Positions 37,301-49,759 of a stretch of 64,000 bases of DNA are shown in pieces. Position numbers and translations under genes: made by a program. Within the stretch, counting starts at the first letter, position 1. Each line of letters opens with the position of its first letter. The notes beneath the pieces are model-generated. The model saw only the letters and a program-made list of their open reading frames with translations, had not been told where the DNA came from and searched no databases. The DNA comes from Zygnema circumcarinatum SAG 698-1b (taxonomy: Eukaryota; Plantae; Zygnematophyceae): positions 124,001-188,000 of the forward strand of contig CM074818.1 in the NCBI GenBank assembly GCA_037447605.1. The letters are read 5' to 3'.

Positions 37301-40300
37301 TAGTTTCTGTCTAATATCGGGCACGGAAGCGAGTATTTGGAGACAATGCAGGTGGAAGAGGCACGAGCGGAGAGCATGAAGAAAGACAAGGCCCAGACAG
37401 AGAGAGCGCTACAGGAGGCAGTAGAGAGAGGACAGACGGAGCTCGCAGCGCAGAAGGAGTTTTATGTGGCCGCTTTGGCAGAAGCGAAGGAGGCGCAGGC
37501 GCAGGCGGAAGCGCAAGCAGACAGCGAAGCGAAGGCAGATTCCGACAGAAAGCTTCGAGAAGCTGCGGAGCGAGAACGCTCGCTTGTGGGCACAGTGGAG
37601 GAGCTGCGGCAGACGCTTAGCCGCACAGAGCAGCAGGTGGGGGCACGCCGCGGCCTCCCTCTGCCTCTCCCTCTCCTCTCTGTCTCTGTGTGTCTCTGAC
37701 GGCGTCTGTGGGGGGGGGGGGGGGCTGCNNNNNNNNNNGGGGGGGGGGGGGGGGGGGGCTGCTCGAGGGCGCAGGCAGCTTTCCGGGAGGACATGCTCCG
37801 CAGGGATCTGGAAGACCTTCAGAAGCGATGCCAGGTGTGTGTTCTGCTTTTTGTTGGAAAGCCGCTTCTTCGTTCTTTAGCAACTGCACCCCTGCAGAGG
37901 CAGAGAGGAAGTCGCATATGGAGCCCGCGTGGTTGAAAATGCACCGCTTGGGGGCCGGGCAGGCGGCGGAATCGCGGCACGAAGAGCTTATGGCCCGAAT
38001 GCAAGATTCAACCCGCCCGCTTTTGCGGCAGATCCAAGCCGTGCAGGTGCAGTCTTCCACTCTCAGTTTTCAACTGCTCTTATTCCTCACCTTAGTCTGG
38101 TAGAAATTCAAGTTCTGCAACTATGGGCATCAGTTCTGGGTGAGTAACTGTCGGTTTATGGGAAGTTGTTGACATATGTGATTTAGTTCTGCAAACCTTC
38201 CTAGGATAACAGGGCTAGCCAGTGTAAATATGGGGGATGCCTTTTTGAGGTCGCTCGCTCGTTTAGAGGCCGCTTAATTTGTTTCTGCATTCGCCCCTCT
38301 CATTGGAACCAGATATTCTCAAGAACAAGAAAGATTTTTCTCTCACTTTTGCTGGATGTGAGGGTTGAGCAGGAGTCGGCCAACATGCGCGTGGAGGCGC
38401 TGGCAGGAGTGGAGCGGGCACTGACCGGCCGACTGCAGGTTTGTTCCTGCAAAGGCTGCACCTTGGGCCCTAAAAGAACCCTGAACGAACCGTGTGAAAG
38501 ACCCTAAAAGTTGCCCCTTGGCAGCGGCTCGTACTCATGGGGTATGGCGTGGGAGGGCTCTCCACAGGAGGCTGAGGGGAAAGCCGCTGTGGCTGAAGAG
38601 AGAGAGCGAGCGAGCAATGAGCGTTTGACGCAAACATTGTCGCGAATGTCGGTCATGGAGGCCCAGGTCGGTATCCCGGTGCCCTTCCTCACGACTGCGC
38701 CCTCACAAAAAGTCCTTTAAACGTTCTGGAGGTCTTACTGAAGCTCTTTTGGGATGGCGGAGCCTTCAGCTCGCGCTGTTGCGAGCTGAGCAGGCGCAGC
38801 TGAGCAGGTCCATTGAGAAGGAGAGGGCGCGAGCTGGAGAGAGCCGGCAGGAGTACTTAGCCGCCATGGAGGCGGCCGCGACCCACGAGGGCCGCGCGCG
38901 GCAGCTCGAGGAGGAGGTCCGCGAGCTGCGCGGGCGGCACCGCCGCGAGATGGGCGAGGAGCGCGCCCGCCGGGAGGCCCTCGAGCAGGTAACGGGGCCG
39001 CTCCGGGGGGGGGGGGAAGGGGGGGCGGCTGAGCGTGCCGATATGCAGGAGGTCAGTTGGGGGGGGCAACAACGCGTTTGCAGGAGATGGAGGCGGAGCG
39101 GGCAGCCATGGCAGAGTACGAGAAGCGCGTTCGTGCAGAGGGGCGTGCGGCGGCGGAGAAAGCAGTGGCAGCAGCGCACAGCAACGTCGTGGCAAACTCT
39201 GCTGCTGGTGTGCCGCTCGTGTCCCTGCAAATGCCTTGCTGTCTTTTGCATTCAGTTTTCCGCCGTTGCTCAGTGAAAGGTCACGGAGGGCGCTCCTATG
39301 GTTAGTGGCTGCTATCCAACGTCAAGTCCCTTAGTGTTAATGGTCACTACTGACAGGAAAGAAAGATAGAAAGAAATAAGGCTAGGCTGGCTTATTGATT
39401 ATTTCTATTGTTCGTGATGAAGTTCATTTTGCGCATTGTTTACACATTCCACAAGTGGTTGACCACTCGGACCTCAACGTCATTTTTGAAAAAGAAAAAA
39501 GCCCGTCTGCTGACAGATGTCTTACACACGGAATAGAGGGTGAGAAATGTATCAGTTGTGGGTCTGACGACTAACAGGTGAAAATTGTCCATTTAGTATG
39601 TTGAAGATTAGGACTGGAGAGCTATTGCATCAGTGTGGAACACGTTCTGTGAGATTGTCGATGCTTTCCAGCACAGAAAAACCCTTGTACTTAGCATGCT
39701 GGATGCTGCTCGGTGCACCACCCATTGTGTTGGACGCATGGGCCGCCCGACTGGGCGGTCTCGAGTCCACATCTGAATGCGGTCCACTGCCAAACTCCCA
39801 AGCAAATTGCCCTGTTCCATTGAACAAAAAATCTGAGTTCCTGGTGAATGTAAGCAGGCCAGTTTTGACTCCCTGGCACTAAGTTTCCTTGCATGGACGT
39901 AGAGGGTTGCATGCTGACGCAAATCCCATGTAAATGTCTCTGCTCTCCGCAGGGCGCATGCTTCGGCGCGTTTCGAGCGCGAGCAGTGGCGGCAGCGCGG
40001 AGGAAAGCGCCATCCTGGCGGCGAGCCTGAGCCTGAGCCTGAACCCGCACTCCGCGGACCCGCCCTTCGGCGGCAGCGGGAGGCAGGGGGGGGGCGCGCT
40101 GCCGGCGGCCACCATGGAGCAGGTCGAGGCGCTGCTGCGGTACAAGGACGGCGAACTCGCGCAGTACGCGGCACGTGTGGTACGCGCTCCCCCCCCCGCC
40201 CCGCCCCGCCCCTAGAGGGGGTCCTTCTGCGCGCCTGCAGACAGGGCGGGCGCTGAGAGGAGAGATGTGGCATCGTGGGCGGGGCAGGCAGCGCTCGAGG

Positions 40301-41067
40301 CGACACGTGATTCGCTTGCGGAGGAGCTCGTCAGCACCACACAGCAGGTCCGGCGTGCTACCTCTGCTGCTTGCGTTTGCTTCTCCACTCTCCGCTATTT
40401 TGCGTGACTGGTAGAGTGAATACCGGGAAGTGAAAGAAATTGGCACTGCATGACAATGTCCTTCATCCTAAAGGAGGGCTTTTTCTGAGGTCTTCAAGTG
40501 TGGAACCTGTCCTGTCAGACTGCAGCTGCTACCGGAGACTGTTTCTGAGAGAAACAGTTGTTGGAGTAGTTGTTGCTTTGAAACGGAGAGAAACTGTTTG
40601 GCTGGCGGAAATATTGTGGATGGAAAGTTTCTGCTGCCTGTCTCTTACAATTGAGTAGGATATACAGCTTGCGGGGTCCTTCCATTGTGTTTTGGCTGGT
40701 AGACGAGTTCCACAGTGTGTAGTCCGTGAATGTCGAGTTGTTCCTTGTTGCGCAGTGTGAGCAGCTGCGAAATGAGGTGGCGTGGCTCCCGGGCATGCGA
40801 GCGGAGTTGGAGGCCCTCCGGCGGCGGCACTCCTCTGCGCTGGAGCTCATGGGCGAGCGCGACGAGCAGGTGGAGGAGCTGCGGGCGGACCTGGCGGACG
40901 TGAAGCAGATGTACCGCGAGCAGATCGACCTTCTCGTCAACCAGGTAAAGGGAGAGGGGCAGGGGACCAGGCTCTGCGATTGGTCCGTCGGGTGCACTCT
41001 CTGACCGGGAAATTGTGCTGTACAGATCGAGAGAGTGAGCAAAGGCGCAGCGATGGCGGCCACGTGA
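34313..41067 (+). CDS. GC5: Golgin candidate 5 / TMF1-like coiled-coil Golgi protein
   Basis: N-terminus MAWLPNVSLADLGGFADAVNKLSESVKSIETSFDSALG; long coiled-coil exons; TMF-type C-terminus ALELMGERDEQVEELRADLADVKQMYREQIDLLVNQ. Confidence 0.92.
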
Positions 41068-41437
41068 GCAGGCGGCTGGCAGAAGAAGCCCGTGACTGCA
41101 GCTGCGGATCCGCCAGCTAGCAACCCAAAAGGATGAAATTGAGCAGAAAAGAAGTAGATGAGCAGCAACCTACATTTCATTACACTTCTGGTTCAAGAGT
41201 GGCCTTTTGTTCCTTTCTCACACGGCAGCTGTTCAATCATTGGTGTTAACAATTTTTTTTTTTGTTAACTCCCAAAGAAATGGTTTTCGTTGCTTCAGCT
41301 TGCTCAGTTTCCATTTCACTTTTGCTTCAAAATGTGCCTGATGCAAATGGTTTTTAGGGTTTTAGGGTTTCGAGCACTTTTCAAACAATGCGGCAAAATT
41401 CGAATCATGCTCGTCAACTTGAGCAGAGGTGTCAACA

Positions 41438-41512
41438 GAGCCACCAGCCACGAGCCACGAGCCACGAGCCACGAGCCACGAGCCACGAGCCACGAGCCAC
41501 GAGCCACGAGCC
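41438..41512. repeat. (GAGCCAC)n, about 10 copies
   Basis: Visible directly, immediately before the telomere-like tract. Confidence 0.92.
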
Positions 41513-41524
41513 TTTTTTAGAATT

Positions 41525-41793
41525 TGTAGGGTTTTTAGGGTTTTTAGGGTTTTAGGGTTTTAGGGTTTTTAGGGTTTTAGGGTTTTAGGGTTTCAGGGCC
41601 TCAGGGCCTTTGTGGCCTTTGTGGCCTTTGTGGCCTTTGTGGCCTTTGTGGCCTTTGTGGCCTTTGTGGCCTTTGTGGCCTTGTGGCCTCAGGGCCTCAG
41701 GCCCTTGTGGCCTCTTGTGGCCTCTTTAGGCCTCAGGCCTCCCAGGCTCCTTGTGGCCCAGGCCTGTGGCCCTTTGCGGCCTTGGTGGCTCCT
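41525..41793 (+). repeat. Telomere-like tract (TTTTAGGG/TTTTTAGGG) grading into (TTTGTGGCC)n variants
   Basis: About 8-9 T4-5AGGG units at 41525-41598, then TCAGGGCC and TTTGTGGCC units up to the gap. Confidence 0.9.
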
Positions 41794-41893
41794 NNNNNNN
41801 NNNNNNNNNNNNNNNNNNNNNNNNNNNNNNNNNNNNNNNNNNNNNNNNNNNNNNNNNNNNNNNNNNNNNNNNNNNNNNNNNNNNNNNNNNNNN
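41794..41893. other. 100-N scaffold gap
   Basis: Exactly 100 N; a round number often marks a join of unknown size. Confidence 0.95.
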
Positions 41894-42197
41894 CGGTTAC
41901 GTATTGCTAACATCCACAATGCAACGACGGCGGAGTACACGTGGTATGTCAAACTTCAGAAACTCAAATCATTTTACAAGGGGAAGCTCATGCATGGATG
42001 TGAATGCCGCCGTTTGAGTTGTCACGGACATGTTCCTAATACGTTTGGAATCCGGCTGTGTCGCTTATCGCTGAAAGGGTTTTTGCTTATTTATGCTTCG
42101 CAGGTATCGAAATCAGAACAGCGATGGTGTTGTCGGAGACTCGTTCACGCTGACGAACAAGTTCATGATGTGCGGGAAGACGGCCAGCTTCTGTTAG
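41894..42197 (+). pseudogene. PAP: PAP copy A: last two exons only (rest in the gap); apparent 1-nt deletion
   Basis: IHNATTAEYTW/YRNQNSDGVVGDSFTLTNKFMMCGKTASFC* matches copies B and C. The segment from the Gly codon to the donor is 49 nt versus 50 nt in copy B. Pseudogene status is uncertain because this is next to a gap. Confidence 0.7.
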
Positions 42198-43836
42198 ATA
42201 GGGGTTTCAATGGGAGAAGAGGAGCCTTTTGAATGTAACATTGCACCTGAAGTTTGGGAAGTGAAGCAGGTCATAAAAACATCGAAGGGGGCTTTAGGGA
42301 CAGTATTTCGCTAGGTAAAACATTTGTTGGGAATTTTCTTAGGCTATTTAGTGAGAATAACATGGTAATGCACAAGAACTGTCTCTTTTGATACGGAATA
42401 TAATATGTGCATATACCCATTCATACATTGTGTACACGAATCTTTGAATGTTGACATTAAGACCCCCTCCCACCTGCACTCCCCCTCCCCCCCCTTCATG
42501 CTTCCGTCAAGTTCGGACCTTGGCGACTGTCCCCCGTTTTCCGAAGCACCCAGCGGCCGGCGCGCAGGGCCGGCTCTGCGGCGGCGGCTCCGAAACTGGA
42601 GGCTCCGTGCGGTGCGTTGGAGATGTAAACTCACCGCTTGGAGGCGCGGTTCCATGGATAGTGTCGCCGTTGTGTGCCACGCTGTTCTGGGTTTTGTCAA
42701 GGCGCATTTTGCCGACGTGGCAACCGACGTGGCGCCGACATTTTGCCAAAACTCGCCGTGGAGAGATTTCCGCGAACCGCGATGGCGATGACCAGTCGCG
42801 CGTTACCACGTGGAAGTCGAGGATCGGTCTTGATGGCACGTGGCACTGTGACACTGTGGCACTGTGGCACTGTACTGTGGCACTGTACTGTGGCACTGTG
42901 GCACTGTTGCCACGCTGGCGTGCAGCCATCGGCCCGCGGGTCCGCCGCGTGCGCTCGTAGCAACTTGCGTGGCGAGTGCTGATTGGAAAAACTGCATTGG
43001 GATGGAGCCTCGACTTGACACCTGGCATACCGCGAAGGCCGCCATTAGAAAACGAAACGGATTGAATCGAAACGGATTTTTTTTTGTTTTTTTTTTTGTT
43101 TTTGGAAGCTGTTCAGAATCCGTACTGTGCAATGTCGCCCTCAACACCGACAAGTTATCGGACGATTTTTCCCTTGTCTTTTCCGCCACGTGTCGGCTGC
43201 GCGCCGGGAGCAGCCGGGATTGGTCCAACTCCGCCACCGACCTCGCTTCCATCGCACGCTCTATCCTCCGTGTGATTTCTTACATCCTACGGCGGAGTCT
43301 ATCTGAGGAATAGTCACGATTCCGTACGTCCTACGGAATCCAATGCTCGCGGTATCACATTGAGAGATGCCTTCCAATTGTCGGTGTCCAATCACCACAA
43401 TCCACGTAGCAGGCGTTGACCGTAGCATCCTAAATCGCATATTCGTTCTTGTCCTATTTAACCAGCCGACGACCACTTAAGTTCCGCCACGTACACATCC
43501 ACGTGGCTGTTTTCATTCGATGTTAAGCTTTTGCGGTGCCCGCACCAGTCCACACCTTACAACTCGACAAAAGCTTACTGTACTGTAGTTCTAGTTTCCG
43601 TACAACGACCCTTCGCGCTGCCGCTCCAAAGCAATCACACCCAGCCACGTATCCTAATCACCCTCGTCCCTGCCTGCCACGTCACCCAGCACGTGTGAAC
43701 CCCCCGGTCCCGCCCTCGCCGCGTATATATTTAGCGGAGCCGGCCCCAATCGCCCTCTCGTCCGTGCTCTGTGTCAGAATTTCCAAAGCGTCGCCTTCAG
43801 CACTGAAGGCGAGGCCGAGGAAGAGGAGGAGGAGCT

Positions 43837-46800
43837 ATGATGATGGCGGGAGCTGCGGCTGCCGCGGTCATGCTGCTCGCTGTGGCGGCCATGGCGTCGG
43901 CCACCATCACCCTGCCGACTTCGCCCATTGGTGCGTGGGGTAGCGGGGGGGGTGGGGGGGGCGAGCATGGGCATGGGCATGAAGCAATGTGGCATGTGTT
44001 GGGGCACGGGTCATGTGATGGGGAGGTCATGGGCTGTGTGGGGGATGGTGCTGTGGGCGTGTGGGCGTGCCCTGTGGGGCATGATGCGATGTGTCGTCAT
44101 GTGGGGCATGTGGTAATATGAGGCTCGTAGTTGAGGTGAGAAAGTGAAGGGGTGGTGAAAATGGGAAGAGGGGGAGGAGTGAGGGAAGTGGGGAAGGGGG
44201 GGGTTAGGGGAGGAGAAAACCGGAGATGAAATAACTCAAGTAGAAATCTATGGAAAGTGAGGTTGGAGGGAGGCCTTGAGGGAGATGGTAAGTGGAAGCT
44301 GGAGGAAGACGGGGGGCATGTGGTGTGTGAATGGGGAAGATGGGGATGTACGGACATGCTGTGGGAGAGACGTTTTGACGAGAAATATATGCGAAGAGGA
44401 AATCATTTGGGTCTCCAGACTCACACAGTTTTCTTTTCTTTCTCCTTGCAGGTACCGTATACGACCTTGAGCTTGACCCATATTTGACTCGGCCTGCGTT
44501 TACTCCCAACTTTACGAGTGAAGATGTTGGCGCTGGCTATGGCCTGCAGAAGGGTACAAACTTACCGGAGCAGGTGATCCTTCATAATATGCCAGCAAGC
44601 AACCTCATTAAGTCAAATTATAAATCCATTGATGATCTATGCACTACTCAGAAATTCTTAATGAAGGGATGTGGCAATCTCACGATGGCGATGCCATCAA
44701 ATAATATTTTCTTTTTCTGATCTTTTAGACGTGTGCATGGAGACCCTCATTTTTACGAGGACCCTAGGATTGATGGTCTGTATGGGGTAAGGTATTGCGT
44801 TCTATGTATGCCACACACTCGCCTGTTGGTGATGAGTTTTTTCTTACTGGTAACTGTTGACTTTCTGTTGTACTGGTAACTGATTCTGTGCCCCCCCATC
44901 CTGCAGGTCTCCCTGTTCCCTGCAGTCCGCAAGGGCAACTACCTCTTCGTGCGGTGGATCACTCCCAAGCTCTCTATCGGCCTCGTTTACTACGGGACTT
45001 CACCCACCATCATGAGATCTCGATCTCCGTAAGTCTTTATCACGTAGTTATGTAACCGCTTCTTTTTTGTTTTCTTTTTCGTTTCTCGCAGCAGTATCCA
45101 TTATTTGCCAAGAGTCCTTTGGTGATTATGTCCCGCATGACTGCCAATGCTTGCTGGATTCTGTCCATCCTCTAACAGAGCGGGTAATGATATATTTGCA
45201 GATGCAAGGGGAAGAGGTATTCATACGCCAAAGGCTATGTCGCCCATTACGTTTCTGGCTACATCTTTTTCTGCAAGATAGGACCACTCAAGCCCTCCAC
45301 ACAGTACTATTACAAGATCAAGGGAAGCACTACAGTGTTCCCATTCAAGTCCCTCCCTGCCACCGGCACCTACCCCATCAAGTTCGGCCTCACTGGTAAT
45401 CTAATCTACCTTATCCTAACATCATAAAACTCTTCTGAAAGGCCTGAATCGGGAGGAAAGGATTCCCTCTTTTTTTGTTGTAAAAGGAGTACAAAGTAGC
45501 GACCTGGTTTCCTAAGCTGGGAAATATATGTTTGCGTTGTGATGAATTGCAGCCGATGTGGGCCAGACGGGCAACTCCAGCATCACTCTCGACCACTTGA
45601 AGGAGTCGATGTGCGACTTCATCCTCTTCGCGGGTGATGTCAACTATGGTACGCACTCACTGTTCCCTTAGCTCTAATGCTAGTTTCTTCGTATGCAGTC
45701 CTTTGTTGGTCCATGTTTCGTACGGTGTCCTTGCGCTATATTCCCGGCCTACTACTCCGTGTTTGCACCTGCTTCTTCTGCTTCCACGTGGCTCCCCCCC
45801 TGCATTCGTTTCCCCGTGTTCTATGAGGGTAGGTTTTGTCCGTTAATTATGTCACTGCCTGTTCTTGATGATGATATTCTCCTATAATTTGTGCTCTGCG
45901 CCTGCAGCCGACAACTACGATTCTCCCGAGTGCATTCCATTTGACGGTGTGACCGACCATGGCTACGACACGTGCGGAATCGGCGGACTTCGGTGGGACA
46001 CGTGGGGCCGCCTCTCTCAGAAGGCCTTCGCCTACACAGTCAGAATCTCGACACCCCAACTTCCCTGATTCGTAGTCATGTTGTAAAGGCTTTCTAGGGC
46101 AATGTGAAGATTGCTGTTTGTCTCGTATATCGTGCTGCTCTGTCTTATGGCTTTGAACTGTTTTCGTGTTTGCAGCCAGTTGCATACATCCCCGGAAACC
46201 ACGAGGAGGAGTTCGAGAATCAGTGGGGAGAAGTGGAGCCCTACAAGGCCTATCTCTTCCGCACGCCCGGCCTCCTCGATGACTCTCCCTGGATAAAGAC
46301 TAATAAGGTAAATTGAGGGTTAAGCCAATCAGGCAACCGTTGTTTACATTCGAGTCTCCATCTTACTCCTCTGTCATGTTTTTTATTCTTTCATTTGCAT
46401 GCAATGTCTATGCTGATGTTGTGCTTTTTTTCTCATAAAAGACCTCCAGTGCAGTGCAGCCTCCTAACTAGAGGTCCGGTATGTAATGTTGGCGAAATTG
46501 CAGGTGTTGGATGTTGTAGCCTACGGAACTAGGACATGGAACTCCAAATCCCCCATCTTCTACTCCATGGACATCGGCCCCGCCCACATCATCGGCCTCT
46601 CAAGCTACTCCGGCTTTGTCAAGTACACCCACCAGGCAAGTCCCTTAGAGCTCAGCTTCTGCCTTTTGTAGCCTTCTCTTTTATGTGGGACATGTACCCT
46701 AAAAACCCTAAAAACCCTAATATTTGTTTGTCTCTGGCGCCCTCCCTCCCCTCCATGCAGGACTACTGGCTGAAGGACGACTTGTGCAAGTTCGACCGCA

Positions 46801-47712
46801 CGCTCACTCCATGGCTCATTGTCTTCTTGCACGCGCCGTGGTACAACACGGACCGCAGCCACTACTTGGAGGTAAACCCACCCGTTCAACAAAATTTCGG
46901 CAATTTGATTTCGCACATGTGATATTCGTACATTGTTATTCGTACAGTAACCGTACGGATTGTGCCCGCTCTGTGGTAGTTTACGGTCACTACACCTGGC
47001 TCTCTCTCTTTGATCGTGACGGTCCGTGGGTTTGATCGGACGGCGCAGGGCGAGCCAATGCGGTGGATGTACGAGTCCTACCTCTACAACTCCAGCGCCG
47101 ACCTAGTCGAGGCCGGCCACGTGCACGCCTACGAGCGCAGCCACCCGGTCTACAACCTGCGCCTGGACAACTGCGGACCGACCTACGTCACCGTTGGTGA
47201 CGGAGGGAACGACGAGGGCGTCGCTGGACCGTACGAACTTGAAACTAGGGGTCGCATGGACATGGGCATGGATGGAAATTGCCGTTTTTAGTTACGAAAT
47301 TGGACTGGTTGGAACTTGGTCCTGGAACTGAAACTGATTACGGCGGCTCTGTGTTGTGCTGGCAGGTTTTTGGAGCCCCAGCCGGAGTACAGCGCCTACC
47401 GCGAACTTTCCTTTGGGCACGCAACGTTGACGATTCACGATGCCATCACGGCGGAGTACACGTGGTATGAACACAATTTATTCTAATTTTTAAATACACA
47501 TGGAAGAAAATTTGCAATTACCATGCGATTGAGGTTTCTTTAATATGGGCTGAGAGAGGGAGATGGAAAAAAAAAAGGAAATTTAATTTAAGCATTATAT
47601 ATCTTTGGTTTTCTACAGGTATCGCAACCAGAATGATGATGGGGTCATTGGAGACTCGTTCACACTCACGAACAAGTTCATGACGTGCGGGAAAAAACCC
47701 AGTTTCTGTTAG
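43837..47712 (+). CDS. PAP: Purple acid phosphatase copy B, 12 exons, signal peptide
   Basis: All five metal-ligand motifs are intact: DVG, GDVNY, GNHE, VFLH, GHVH. FN3-like N-terminal domain and Metallophos_C; exons join in frame, with one GC-AG intron at 46636. Confidence 0.95.
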
Positions 47713-47910
47713 AAAACCAGGATGGCGTGCGGTCAGGATTGTCGATAAAACGGGAAGGGGAAGGGTAAAGCGAGAGGGAAGTGCACAAAAGCTACTTTTT
47801 TCAGTAGTAGCAATTTTGTAATAATTGTACTATATCAAATTTTGTTTTCTTTTTTTGATTTCTTTATAGTTGGTCGTGTGGCTTGCGTGTTAAGCACATT
47901 ATTTTCTATT

Positions 47911-48045
47911 AGGGGGTGTCAGACTTCAAAATTGTTCGTAAGTTTGAGACCAGAACGAGTACTTCGGTGACATCGTAATCCTGGTGCGGCGGAGTACTTA
48001 CAAAACTTTTTTGTTCGTAAGATTTCGTTAAGTCTGACACCCCCT
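47911..48045. mobile_element. MITE copy 2 (135 bp), same family as 33722-33880, TSD ATT
   Basis: TIR AGGGGGTGTCAGACTT at both ends; ATT at 47908-47910 and 48046-48048; internal homology to copy 1 (AGTACTCCGCCGCA, GAAGTACTCGTTCTG, CAAACTTACGAACA on the minus strand). Confidence 0.93.
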
Positions 48046-49759
48046 ATTGACGCTTTGAACTTTTTTTCTACCGGAAGTCCTGCATTGAATGGTGCACAAA
48101 GAACAGGTCGATAGGTCCTCTACAAACCTAAGTACTACAACTCAATCCCATAGAGATTGGATTTTTTTTTCGAAATTTCATACCAGCTAAAATGAAAAAT
48201 ATAAATTTCGATATATGTCTAAAACTATCTGTGCCTCAATATGGTACACAGGATTCACCTCCTCCGCCTGAGCCACAGGCGCAGATATGGCTTACTCTGA
48301 AGTTAGCCGTAGTGCCTTGTTTAAGAGACTGGACATGGTCCTTCCAATGAAAGAGAATGTTGTGCACAACATAGTCTCAATAACATGAAGGAAACATGAG
48401 AGAGAATGATGTGGCATTGATCTCACGATGGCGATGATGCCATCAAATTGATATGGTCATAATCATCATGGGGAACCACAAAGATGTGGTCTAAAAGGAC
48501 TCCAGGAGAAAGGCTATGCGCGCAAATCTACTGCTAGGCTCCATCCCTATAAACATGAGAAACATGAGAGAGCATGACGAGAGGACGCGGAGCACTATGT
48601 TGAGATTTGTGGACATAGAAATCTGTCGGACTCAACTCTCTGACTACAGAACAAGGATCCTGCAGCGCCCAGCAGGAAGAAGGCCACGTGGCATCCACGT
48701 GGTGCCTCCTGACACATCGACGGACGAAACGCGAACATGTGGAATGCGAATGGCATGTTGCCACGTGTTGATGTTTTAGCGGTATACCCCATTTTCCTAT
48801 TCAGGTACGGATGAGATGAATCGTATGTGCGTGATGTTCACATACGCAACGCTGGAGAATCGTTCAGACAGTTGGAGGTTTGACTACTTGTTCATTAGGG
48901 CGTGTCAGACTTAAAAAATTCTCGTAATACTGAAAACTCGATATTCGTAACATTTCGAGTCAACGTCAGTAAAACTAAAATTCCCGAGCCTAGTTTTTCG
49001 CACTCGCGGCGCGGTCCTGTTCGCACTCCGCGATCGCCGTCTTCGCACTTCTCCAAACGCCGTCTTCGCAACTTCGCCCTCGCGCGGGGCCCTCAGACTT
49101 AGAAACAGCGCCGGCGCGGCGCGCGGAGACCGCTTGTCGTTGTGTCGTGTTGCGCGTCACGTCGCTGCGCGCCGCCACCATCTCCTCCCCCTCCGCCGCC
49201 GCCGCCGCCTCCTCCTCCTCCTCCTCCTCCTCCTCCTCCTGCTGCTGCCGCCCCGACTTAAGCCGAGGGTCTTGTTCACGCTTGCCCGCCGTCCCTTGTC
49301 AGCGCCCAACTTGATCGGGCGAACAACTTCTTGTGGCCGCTCCCCAGTCCCCACACGCTCCCTTTGCTCCAGGTACTCCCGCCTGCCCCCCTGCTCCCTG
49401 TCCCTGTATGCCTGCCTACTTGCCCGCTTGCCGGCCTGCACCCTTGCCTAGCTACCCCCCCTTGCCCGCTGCCCCCCCTCCCTGCCCCCTTGCCCCACTC
49501 CCTACCCCTTACCTTGCCCCCTTTGCCGGCCTGCCCCCTTTCCTATGTACCCCCCTTTGCCCGCTGCCCCCTTCCGTGCCCCCTTGCCCCACTCCCTGCC
49601 CCCTTTTCCCACCGCCTGCCCCTTTCCTTGCTTTTCCCCGCCCCCTTGCCGGCCTGCCCCCTTGTCTGCCTACCATCTTACTACCTTTTTTGTTTCCTTT
49701 TCTTTTTTTTTATCCTTTCCTGCAGCATTCAAAGCTGCATTCAAACCATTGCCATCATT

